Below, one piece after another: positions 47,352-62,487 of a stretch of 64,000 bases of DNA (positions are counted from its first letter, which is position 1; each line of letters opens with the position of its first letter). The notes beneath the pieces were generated by a model. The model saw only the letters and a program-made list of their open reading frames with translations, did not search any database and was not told the origin of the DNA. The position numbers and the translations under genes were made by a program. Source of the DNA: the human T2T-CHM13v2.0 reference genome, Homo sapiens; assembly GCF_009914755.1 (NCBI RefSeq), contig NC_060931.1; one strand, given 5' to 3'.

Positions 47352-47615
47352 TCACCTCACCTGGGAAGTGCAAGGGGTCAGGGAATTCCCTTTCCTAGCC
47401 AAGGGAAGCCATGACAGATGGTACCTGGAAAATCGGGACACTCCCACCCTAATACTGCACTTTTCCAATGGTCTTAGCAAACGACACACCAGGAGATTAT
47501 ATCCCACACCTGGCTTGGAGGGTCCCATGCCCATGGAGCCTCTCTCTCTGCTAGCACAGCAGTCTGAGATCGAACTGCAAGGCAGCAGCAAGGCTGGGGG
47601 AGGGGTGCCCACCAT
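47352..47615 (-). CDS. L1 antisense ORF0 homologue, open, 87 aa (translation not shown)
   Basis: MVGTPPPALLLPCSSISDCCASRERGSMGMGPSKPGVGYNLLVCRLLRPLEKCSIRVGVSRFSR... aligns with primate L1 ORF0; GT donors after nt 106, 191 and 255. Confidence 0.65.
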   Translation of the reverse strand: MVGTPPPALLLPCSSISDCCASRERGSMGMGPSKPGVGYNLLVCRLLRPLEKCSIRVGVSRFSRYHLSWLPLARKGNSLTPCTSQVR

Positions 47616-48189
47616 TGCTGAGGCTTGAGTAGGTAAACAAAGCAGCCAGAAGCTCAAACTGGGTGGAGCCCACTGCAGCTCAAAGAGGCCTGCCTGCCTC
47701 TGTAGACTCCACCTCTGGGGGCAGGGCATAGCTGAACAAAAGGCAGCAGAAACTTCTGCAGACTTAAACATCCCTGTCTGACAGCTTTGAAGAGAGTAGG
47801 GGTTCTCCCAGCATGGAGTTTCAGATCTGAGAACGGACAGACTGCCTCCTCAAGTGGGTCCCTGACCCCTGAGTAGCCTAACTGGGAAACACCTCCCAGT
47901 AGGGGCCAACTGACACCTCATGCAGCCGGGTGCCCCTCTGAGATGAAGCTTCCAGAGGCAGGATCAGGCAGCAACATTTGCTCTTCTGCAATATTTGCTG
48001 TTCTGCAGGCTCCGCTGGCAATACCCAGGCAAAAAGGGTCTGGAGTGGACCTCCAGCAAACTCCAACAGACCTGCAGCTGAGGGTCCTGACTGTTAGAAG
48101 GAAAACTAACAAACAGAAAGGACATCCACACCAAAACCCCATCTGTACATCACCATCACCAAAGACCAAAGATAGATAAAACCACAAAG

Positions 48190-49216
48190 ATGGGGAGAAA
48201 CCAGAACAGAAAAGCTGAAAATTCTAAAAATCTGAGCACCTCTTCTCCTCCAAAGGAATGCAGCTCCTCACCAGCAATGGAACAAAGCTGGACAGAGAAT
48301 GACTTTGACGAATTGGGAGAAGAAGGTTTCAGATGATCGGTAATAACAAACTTCTCTGAGCTAAAGGAGGATGTTCAAACCCATCGCAAAGAAGCTAAAA
48401 ACCTTGAAAAAAGATTAGATGAATGGATAACTAGAATAAGCAGCGTAGAGAAGACCTTAAATGACCTGATGGAGCTGAAAACCATGGCATGAGAACTACG
48501 TGACGCATGCACAAGCTTCAGTAGCCAATTCAATCAAGCAGAAGAAAGGGTATCAGTGATTGAAGATCAAATGAATGAAATGAAGTGAGAAGAGTTTAGA
48601 AAAAAAAAAAAGAGTAAAAAGAAATGAACAAGGCCTCCAAGAAATATGGGACTATGTGAAAAGACCAAATCTATGTCTGATTGGTGTACCTGAAAGTGAC
48701 AGGGCGAATGGAACCAAGTTGGAAAACACTGTTCAGGATATTATCCAGGAGAACTTCCCCAACCTAGCAAGGCAGGCCAACATTCAAATTCAGGAAATAC
48801 AGAGAATGCCACAAAGATACTCCTCAAGAAGAGCAACTCCAAAACACATAATTGTCAGATTCACCAAAGTTGAAATGAAGGAAAAAATGTTAAGGGCAGC
48901 CAGAGAGAAAGGTCGGCATACCCACAAAGGGAAGTCCATCAAACTAATAGCGGATCTCTTGGCAGAAACTCTACAAGCCAGAAGAGAGAGGGGGCCAATA
49001 TTCAACATTCTTAAAGAAAAGAATTTTCAACCCAGAATTTCATATCCAGCCAAATTAAGCTTCATACATGAAGGAGAAATAAAGTCCTTTACAGACAAAC
49101 AAATGCTGAGAGATTTTGTCACCACCAGGCCTGCCTTACAAGAGCTCCTGAAGGAAGCACTAAACATGGAAAGGAACAACTGGTACCAGCCACTGCAAAA
49201 ACATGCAAAATTGTAA
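48190..49216 (+). pseudogene. L1 ORF1 (disrupted)
   Basis: MGRNQNRK start; in-frame stops; intact C-terminal 186 aa KRPNL...QPLQKHAKL. Confidence 0.92.
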
Positions 49217-49279
49217 AGACCATCGATGCTAGGAAGAAACTGCATCAACTAATAAGCAAAATAACCAGCTAACATCATA

Positions 49280-53099
<3,820 letters not shown>

Positions 53100-53328
53100 A
53101 CAATGAGAACACTTGGACACAGGAAGTGGAACATCACACACTGGGGCCTGTAGTGGGGTGGCGGGAGCGGAGAGAGATAGCATTAGGAGATATACCTAAT
53201 GTAAATGACGAGTTAATGGGTGCAGCACACCCACATGGCACATGTATACATACGTAACAAACCTGCACGTTGTGCACATGCACCCTAGAACTTAAAGTAT
53301 AATAATAATAAAAAGAAAGACCTAGAGA

Positions 53329-53562
53329 TGTAACTGTGCATATGGGAATGATTGGTTCTGATTATACTGGAGAAATTCAATTAGTTATTAGTTCTTCAAC
53401 TCCGTGGTCTGCTTCCCTAGGAGAAAGAATTGCTCGGTTGTTGACATAAAGCTGGGAAGCAGTACAGTGAAAAGAACTGGAGGCTTTGGTAGCACTAATC
53501 CAACAGGAAAGGCTATATATTGGGTTAATCAAGTGTCTGACAAAAGACCTATTTGTACAGTA
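53329..53562 (+). pseudogene. HERV-K dUTPase/pro, C-terminal part (after the L1)
   Basis: GMIGSDYTGEIQLVISSSTPWSASLGERIARL ... KRTGGFGSTNPTGKAIYWVNQVSDKRPICTV: dUTPase motifs III-V. Confidence 0.85.
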
Positions 53563-53735
53563 GACCTGCTGTTGGATGCTTACCGGTTGACACACAGGAC
53601 TGGTTGTCAGTAGTCCCCAGAAAAAATAAATCATGGGCTGCTTTGCATAGGGCAAGTGAAGTCATCACGCTTCAGTTTCATGGTTAACCTACCTCTGCTA
53701 GAGAAAAACGATTTAATGAGCACACAAGGAATGTG

Positions 53736-54129
53736 TTCATTGTGGTATTTGTGGCCTTTATGATGGGAATGTTCAACGTCTACTCCTACTACATTGGTGC
53801 AAAACAAAATGAAGCCTTCACAACAGAGTTTTAAGACACTGTTCTGGGCTATATTTGGACTTTCTGAAGTGAAATCAGTGGTCATCAGCTATAACCACAA
53901 ATTCATTGCTATAATGTTCCAGGAAATTGAGGATGACGCTGATGTGGAGTGGAAATTTGCAAGGGCCAAACTCTTGTTTTCCTGCTTTGGGGCGGGGAGA
54001 GCACTTCCTGTTCCCTTCAATCTGGTGCAGGGTCCAGTGTCCCTGTTTTTCTCTTGGTGAAGCTTAAAGGGTGGATTTCTGAGCTCTACTCAGGGTCATA
54101 GAAAAGGTTTCCAGGAAAGATGCAGAGAT
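53736..54129 (+). pseudogene. Processed TRPC6 fragment (S5, pore, TRP box) captured in the provirus
   Basis: [30 protein letters not shown] / [27 protein letters not shown] / [27 protein letters not shown] / KLKGWISEL..QG; intronless, frameshifted, S6 missing. Confidence 0.92.
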
Positions 54130-54296
54130 AAGTAAGTAGAGATAAGTAGAGACAAGTAAGTAAGTAGAGATAAGTAAGTCTAAGTAGAGATAAGTAAGTA
54201 CAGCTAAAGGAGATAAATATAGAGATAAATAGAGATAGAGATAGATAGAGATATAGATAGATAGAGATAAATAGAGATAGAGATAGAGACAGAGAC
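54125..54296. repeat. (GATAAGTAAGTAGA)n / (ATAGAG)n simple repeat inside the provirus
   Basis: Seen directly. Confidence 0.9.
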
Positions 54297-55435
54297 TTGC
54301 AGGAACTCACAGGTACCACAGGGACAGATAGGGATAGATGAAGACTAGCAATATAAAATCAGTGCCCTAAAGAGGTACAAAAGCAAAGACTAGCAATATA
54401 AGGTCAGTGCCCTAAAGAGGTACAAAAGTAGAGTCTAGCAAAGACTAGCAGAGATTTGCAGGGACAGACGAGAACATTCTGAATTATGGAAATTAGCTAT
54501 GGCTCAAAGGGCAAATATAAAAGGAATAGAGCGGGGGAAGGTAAGGATAAAAATGCTTTTTCTTTTTTCTCCAATAGGACTCTTTGGTCCTTTAAACTTA
54601 AAGGGCAGATGCATTGGTGTCTGTGGTCTTTGCTGATGCACAAGAATTCCATTCTTTAATATGAGGAAGAGGATTTGTTTGTGTCTCTCCAGGTGATGAT
54701 CAGGTGCCTGTGTGGGTCCTCACCAAACATCTGAAGATCTATCATGAGCCACAGCATCTAGTGGACCCACCTGTACAGTGCAAATTGAAGGTTTAAGGAT
54801 TGCTTTTAAGCCTTGATTTGCTTTCCTGGTGCCTTCTGTTGGAAGGGCCTGTTTCTCAATATCAGTGGCCTCCCAGCTACAGCCACAACAGTTTTTGCTT
54901 CTGTTTCAGTAGATTTACTAATGTGGGGGTGAGGGTATGCTTGTGTTTTTGCAGGAGATGAACGAACCATGTGGATGCCCTCAAGACGTGTACGACCATG
55001 GAATGGGAGACTGGAGGGACCCATGGATCCTAAGCATGGACTGGGTTCCCCAGTACGAGCCATGAGCCAGCTGAATCTGAATGAGAAGATGGAACGAGGA
55101 CCGACCGGAGTCTTGATGCTTAACAGACCAATGCTTTCTGGCTGAGCTCCTCTCTACCCTGAATACAGAAACCCTAATAGTTAGGCAGGAGTATCATCAC
55201 CCCTATTCAGCATGAAGAAGTTACAGAAGATGGACCTTCATCCTTCTGCAACCCCTAGGATTAAGGGTCCTGTAAAAGGGAAAGCGGAGATATGTGGGAA
55301 GCACTCAAACCAGAGTGACTCCGGTTTGAATAAGGGCTAAGAAAAATGAAGCTGGATCACCAACCGGCAATTAAGGGCTGCACAGCCTGCAATCACCTTG
55401 CTAATGATAGCTAGTAATAATACTTTTTCTTTTAC

Positions 55436-55866
55436 AAAAAAGAGAAGGGGGGCATGTTAGGAAAAAGCTGAGTGTTGGGAGAAACTGAGGCAGGGCTTGC
55501 ATATCTGACATAATGTCCTCTGGAATGTGTCTAGCCTTGCTGGCTCCTTGCTTCTAGCCTTCCTAGGCTCCTACTCCCATTATCTCAAGTAGCAAAACAT
55601 GTTCCATATAAACGCTAAACCATCACAGCTGTAAATCATGTGCTTAATGCAACATGTCCTTTTGACCTCCACATTCTCACCACATGTTTCTTTGTTGGAC
55701 TGCCAATAAATAGCATGGGCTCCCAGAGCTCAGGGCCTTCACAGCCTCCACAATGGCGATGGCCCCCTGGTGTCCCACCTTTCTCTTTCAAACTATTTCT
55801 CAATCCTTTGACTCCACCAGACTTTGTCACCCCCATGACCTGGTGTTGGGTCTGATCACCCCAACA
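55436..55866 (+). repeat. Polypurine tract (55436-55452) and 3' LTR (55455-55866)
   Basis: aaaaaagagaagggggg then tgttaggaaaaagctgagtg...ctgatcaccccaaca, direct repeat of the 5' LTR. Confidence 0.92.
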
Positions 55867-57436
55867 GACAATAGATTTGGAAAGAAAACAGAGCTTCTTG
55901 GTTCTGGCTGCACTGGAGAAATTTGAAAAAGTACCAGTGCCCAGGCCCTCTACCCCAGAGAGTGTCAATGAATTGGTCTGGGCGTGTTGGAATCAACTGA
56001 GAGCTTTTACACAGCACCACTGCCCAGGCCCCACCTGAGCCCCATTAAATTAGAAATGCTGGGGGCGGGGCCCAGGCACTGACGTATTTTGAAGCTTCCC
56101 CAGTTGAATTGATTCTAGCTGGAACTGAGAACCATTCCCATCTCCACCCCACAGAAGGACAAAGGAAGGCCATCTGGGCTGGAATGGAGTTGGGAGAAGG
56201 CAGAGGCATGGTCTCATAGAAAGGGGGACAGCTGAGTGGGGTCATTCCCTAAACCTGTCACATCTGTATAAATCCTATCATTAAACTCTCCTTAATATGT
56301 AAACTACACTTACTATAGCTAATTTAATAAATGGAGGTGTTCTCAACATCTTCCTCCAAAAGCAAAAAACAAAAGCAGCTTTCGTCAGTTACCTTGTGTG
56401 AATGTCACCTGCTTCCTGCCAGATCCTGACTGATGTGCTGTGTTAGGCACCTGGTTGCAAAAAAATCAGAGGTGGTCTGGTTGCCATGAGCATGTGGTAT
56501 AAGACAACATCTGGACAAGAGCTGGACTTGAAAGCTGTTCACGAGCCTAAGTTTAGAAAACGCTTCTGCCACCAACCGTCATTTCCCATGCCTCTCTCAG
56601 ACCAGAATGGCCACATCTTCCTGTGCTGCTTTTGGCTCTGTTCTCTCCATGCCCATTACCTGCCCCAAATCTGCAGCCCAAATGCCAGCAGAGCACCAGT
56701 GTCTGGCCAGCTTCCACCTCAGGTCCTGGTGGGTATGGCGCAGTGGACACCACACCCACCTCCACCCAGAACAGTGCCTTGTGGCTTCCCTGGGTAGAGG
56801 ACTTCAGACAGGGTAATGTCAGCAAAAAGGGAACAACACGTGGGACTGTAAGTCCAATTAAATCTCTTTCTTTTGTAAATTGCCCAGTCTTGGGTATGTC
56901 TTTATCAGCAGCATGAAAACAGACTAATATAATGAATGTCCCGGGATGGTAGATTCCAAACTGTGCTCCTTGAAACCCCTAGGACTTTAGATTTAAATCA
57001 GATCCATGAAGTGGCCCAAGAGGATCTTCAGAAACTTAGGAGGGAGTTTAAAGCTGAAAAATTGTAAAAGCCATTCTCCTAAATCAGTGAGCTTTAATGA
57101 TTCAAAGGAACTTAAAAATTATATCATCAAACATTTTTACTTTCAGGTAAAGAAACCATGGACAGGTCTTGTTTCCCAGGACCTTCTGACAGAGCCTCTA
57201 CTGATTTTGAGTACAGTCCACGGGTCCAAAGGAGGAAGGATGGACTGGCTGCTGGCCTGCCAATGGCAGGGGTTCATGTGGCTTGGTCTACCTTACCAGT
57301 GTCCAGGTTGAACCCTTAATCACTAGTGTAATTCCTCAGTCAAGCCTATGTAAATCCAAGTGCTTATATAAAAATAAGTTATTTCAAATCAGCTTGTGAC
57401 ATCATGATGATGATGATGATGATTACTATTATCATT

Positions 57437-57689
57437 ATTGAAACAGGGTCCTGCTCTGTTGCCCAGGCTGGAGTGCCAGAGGCATGATCTCAACTCACTG
57501 CAGCCTCCACCTCCTGGGCTCAGAAGATACTCCCACCTCAGCCTCCTGAGTAGCTGGGACTATAGATGTGTGCCTTCACACCCAGCTAATGTTGGCCAGG
57601 CTGGTCTGGAATTCCTGGACTCAACCAATCCACCTCCCTCAGCTTTCCAAAGTACTGGGATTATAGGCATGAGCCACCACACCTGACCC
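57437..57689 (-). mobile_element. AluJ-like with internal deletion
   Basis: Reverse Alu lacking the central A-rich linker region. Confidence 0.8.
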
Positions 57690-58629
57690 AATTACTTTTA
57701 ATAATAATAGTGCTTGTGGTGTTGATTAACATTAGGGAACACCATGATTAGAAGGACCCTCTGAAAGGCCCCAGGCAATGATTTTGAACCTTCTCTTTGG
57801 GCATGCACTATTTTCAGAAGCTGATGAAAACTCTGGAGCTTCCTCCCAGAAAAATGAATATACTTCAGACACATTCCATCTGTCCCAAAATTTCAGGGGT
57901 GTATAGACTCCTTGAAGCCCATACTTGAACTCCAGATTAAGTATTTGTGTTCTTCAGCATACACCCTGGGCAGAATTTTTCATCTGTCTTTGACAGAAGA
58001 TCCAGATGGCAAAAACTTCATGGTTCACCTTTCCATCTGCCTGGTACACATCTTTTTATTTTAAACTTATTTATCTCATTAACACAGATGTAAAACAACA
58101 GTAACAACCCCTTGTTATGCTAGAAAAGGAAATAAGGAGACTTGAGTCACGTAGCTGATACACATGGATAGGAGGGCACTTTTCCTGTCATTAGTACCAA
58201 GATGATTGAGGTCCTCTCATCCCAGGCAAAGGGTGAAATGCACAAACCTAACAGCACTTTTTGCTCAGTTACTCTGTGACCTATTCCTGATTTTAGATGC
58301 AGGTAAACTAACTCCTGAAAATGGACATTTAGTATTCATATATATACTAAATATTTAAGGTATGTGACCATCAGAGGTAATTTCATTACAACAAAGCATA
58401 AAGGAAAACATTTTTCAAAAATACAGGAAAATATACATAGTGTGAGTTTCTCCAAGCCTTAAGAGGATGTGAGGAGCCTTAGGGGGTCACAGTAGCAGTT
58501 ATAATTCTTGTTCCTACCTGCTACTGCGAGACTTCCAACTTCTTGCAAATTTCTCTCCAAACATTTCTCTTCCCAGGGAGTGTCTCTCAGCGCTAGTGGT
58601 GCTGGACATGATGTCCTACACCATTATTT

Positions 58630-58644
58630 CCACCAGGTGGCAGC
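58630..58644 (+). promoter_or_regulatory. Candidate CTCF site
   Basis: CCACCAGGTGGCAGC fits the CTCF core consensus CCASYAGRKGGCRS. Confidence 0.55.
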
Positions 58645-59717
58645 GCTATGTCAACAGGCACTGCCTTCAATTTCCATAGGGAACCTTCCTCCCAGTGAGA
58701 CAAAGAAAGCCTTTCTCCCTCTGCATTACTATCAGAGAGTCCCTAAAGAGACTAAAGTTTTGTTTTGCTTTGTTTTGTTTTGAGAGTACAGCTTGTTCAG
58801 CCCTCGTCTCTCCATAGGTATCAGACAGGCCCCTGAAAGCCAAATCGGAGACAAGCCAACTGGGCTGTCTTCAGAATTGCCTTGCCCTTCTAATGACAAA
58901 GGGCATTTTCTCCCTGATTTGAGGTTAGAAAAAAAAAGAAGACAAAGATGACAGGCTTTGCTGCTGGCTCTTCTCACCACCGGGTTGGTTGAGAGCTTGA
59001 GAATAAGACAAAGCTTGGGTGAGTCCAATCTCTGCCACTCGCTAGCTATGAGACTTTAGGCAGAGTAACCTCTCCAAGCCTCTGTTTCCTCATCTGTAAA
59101 ATGAGGAGAATGATGGTCCCTACTTCATAGGGCTAATGTACAGATTAAATGAGAGTCTAGCATAATCTCTGGTACATGAGATGCATGTAATCAATACTAG
59201 AGCTTATTATGATAACCATGTAGACCTACAGAAGTGATACAATTGCTAACAGTGGTTATTTCTGGTGGCAGGATCAGAGACGATTTTTAATTTCTTCTTT
59301 GTTTTTCCAAATTCTCTTCAGCACGCACGCATTGCTTTTATAATCATGAAAAGACGCAATTAAAATATAATAGATTGCTGATCCCCTGTTCTTGATGATT
59401 CCTCTGAAACATTCAAACTTTCTCTGTGACTCAATGAGCTCCCCAAGGCTGGGCCTATATCTTATCTACTTTGGAGTCTTTGACATGAAACACATAATTT
59501 GACACACAGTAGGCAATCAATACTCATTTCCTGAAAAAAATCTCAAAGGCAATTACTTCAGGTTTTAATTTCTCAGTGTAACTAAACATCTTTTTTTCCT
59601 CCAAGAATTCTCTTTTCTCACTTAGATTCAATTGCTAATCCTTTTGCCAAATTAATTAAATCCTCTCCAGATTCTCCCCAGTCAAATTCCTTAGACTATT
59701 GAGTTGGTTTTAGGCGG

Positions 59718-60065
59718 TGACATGGTTTGTCTGTGTCCCCACCCAGATCTCATTGTGAATTGTAGCTCCTATACTTCCCTTGTGTCATGGGAGGTAATTG
59801 AATCATGGGGGCGGGTCTTTCCCGTGCTGTTCTCGTGACAGTGAATGAGTGTCACAAGATCTGATGGTTTTTTAAAGGGGTGTTCCCCTACACAAACTCT
59901 CTCTTCCCTGCTGCCATGCAAGATGTGACTTTGCTTCTCATTCGCCTTCCACCATGATTGTGAGGCCTCCCAAGCCATGTGGAACTATAAAGGAAACCTC
60001 TTTCCTTTATAAACTACCCAGTTTCGGGTATGTGTTTATTAGCAGCTTGACAACAGACTAATACA
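59718..60065 (+). mobile_element. THE1-type MaLR solo LTR
   Basis: tgacatggtttgtctgtgtccccaccc...cagactaataca; 5-bp TSD ggcgg/ggcag. Confidence 0.88.
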
Positions 60066-61270
60066 GGCAGGTTTCCAGAAAGCATTTTACCTGAGTTCCC
60101 AGAATTCATGCTGGGGGGTGTACGGGGAGAGAGGTGGGAGATGGTCATGGGTGGTTAGATCATTGATTTGAGATCAAATCTTTTCAGTAGCTAAATGAAG
60201 ACCTAAGAGCCAGAATAACCTAGATTATATAAAGAGATTATAAAAGGAAATAGGCATTTCTAAAAATGTATTACATTTAAAATTGAAACCCATAATGAAG
60301 AGGATGATTGTTTTTTACCTGTGGATAGAACACAGGGTTACTGATGATTACACTTGGCTATTGCTGTCATTTGGTTCTTTTGATCTTCACTTTGAGTCAA
60401 TGGAACTGTTCAGGCATTCTGTAAGGAGGACAGACACCAGCGTGACACTGCCTCAGCATTTCTTCTACAAAAGAAAAGTCAAAATAAATGACATTAGCCC
60501 ATAGCAGCTGATATATTTTAATTCTTTCCTCATATTATTAACAAACATGAGACTTTCTCTTTCCAGGGAAGTTGGATCTGTATGGGAATCCAAAGATAAT
60601 TACAGCTGAGCCATCCTGAGATAGAGCCCCTGAGAGGCATAGAAATCTCCAAAGTGGCCTCTTTTTACACAGATTGTGGATATTCAGTTCTTCCTTTGGT
60701 CCCATGTTACAAACTAGATTATTCTTTGCTTTAGATATCCAACCATTCAGACTCCTAGCTGAGTCTTACAAGTTTCTAGCTCAGGAGGGAGTTGTTGGGT
60801 GGCAGGGGGTGGCTCTGTGGTTGCTGGTTATGTGGGGAACATGTGGGAAGTGCAAGGAGAAAGGAAAGCTCCGGGCTTGCACACGTCAGTCAGGGCTGGT
60901 TCCTGTTCCTGTAACCTAAGATTTCTGTTGACATGGTGCCAATTCCCTGGCAGGCATGCAGAGAAGCCTCTGTTCTCTCTGCCGCGCTGTGGCGTCTCAC
61001 CTAGACACCTGGCCCCTGAAGCAGAGATCTGTCTGCTGCCACCACAGCTCCTCTCTCCAGACTGTTCAGATCTGGTCCCTGTAGGATGGAAGTGCACACA
61101 CTGTCTCTGCCTGTCCCCAGGGAGCAAGATGTAAACTTCCTCCTTCATCATTCGGGCAAAAACTGAATAAATAGATGAACACCAAATTATGGAAATCTTC
61201 ATTATGCAGGCCAGGTTGCCAAACATGCCCAGACCTGCTTAAGCTGAGAAGTAAAGGCTGATCAAGCTCA

Positions 61271-61700
<430 letters not shown>

Positions 61701-61971
61701 TCATCAAAAAGGAAGACATGCAGGATCTCTGCAAATGTAGGAAAGGGATAGGAAAAACCAATGGCAGATGTGGAATACTCACCAGGAAGAGGCTGCCATG
61801 GAGCAGACACCGGTCATAACCAAGCAATTACCAGGCACTTAAAAACTTAATGAAATGGTCGCCTTTAAGAAGGAAAAGGATAAAGTGAGCTCAGGGAAAT
61901 GATGTTAAGATATCAGAAGGTGGAACATGAGCTCAGAAGAAAAGTGGAAAAAGAAAAGAAAGGCAACTAGG

Positions 61972-62487
61972 ACTAGTCAGGGTTCTCCAAAAAAACAGAA
62001 CTAATACGATATCTATCTATCTGTTATTTTGTGTGTGCATATAAAATATATATAATATTATATGTGTGTGCGTGTGTGTGTATATATATATATATATGTA
62101 TGTATATTCTAGAGGAAGAGAGAGAGTGAGATTTATTTTAAGGAATGGGCTGCCATGATTATGGAGGCTGGCAAGTCCAAAATCTGCAGGGTGGGGGCTG
62201 GCAGGCTGGAGACCCAGGAGAGCCACTGTTTCAGTTCAAGTGCAAAGTTCATGTGCTGGCAGAATTCCTTCTTGCCTGGAAGAGGTCAGTCTTTTGTTCT
62301 ATTTAGGCCTCCAATTGATTGGTTGAGGACCATCCACATTAGGTAGAGTCATCTGCTTTACTCAAAGTCCAATGATTTAAATGTTAATCTCATCCAAAAA
62401 CACCCTCACAGAAACATCCAGAGTAATGTTTGACCAAATATCTTAGTCTCATGACCCAGCCAAGTTGACACGTAAAATTTAACCATC
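61972..62487. mobile_element. MLT2 (ERVL) LTR with internal TA/TG microsatellite
   Basis: gtcagggttctcc...gattatggaggctggcaagtccaaaatctgcagggt...caagttgacacgtaaaatttaaccatc. Confidence 0.8.

Noticed and set aside
53794-54060. 88-aa TRPC-like ORF as a functional channel gene
   Set aside because: Small frameshifted fragment lacking S6, non-ATG start, inside a provirus
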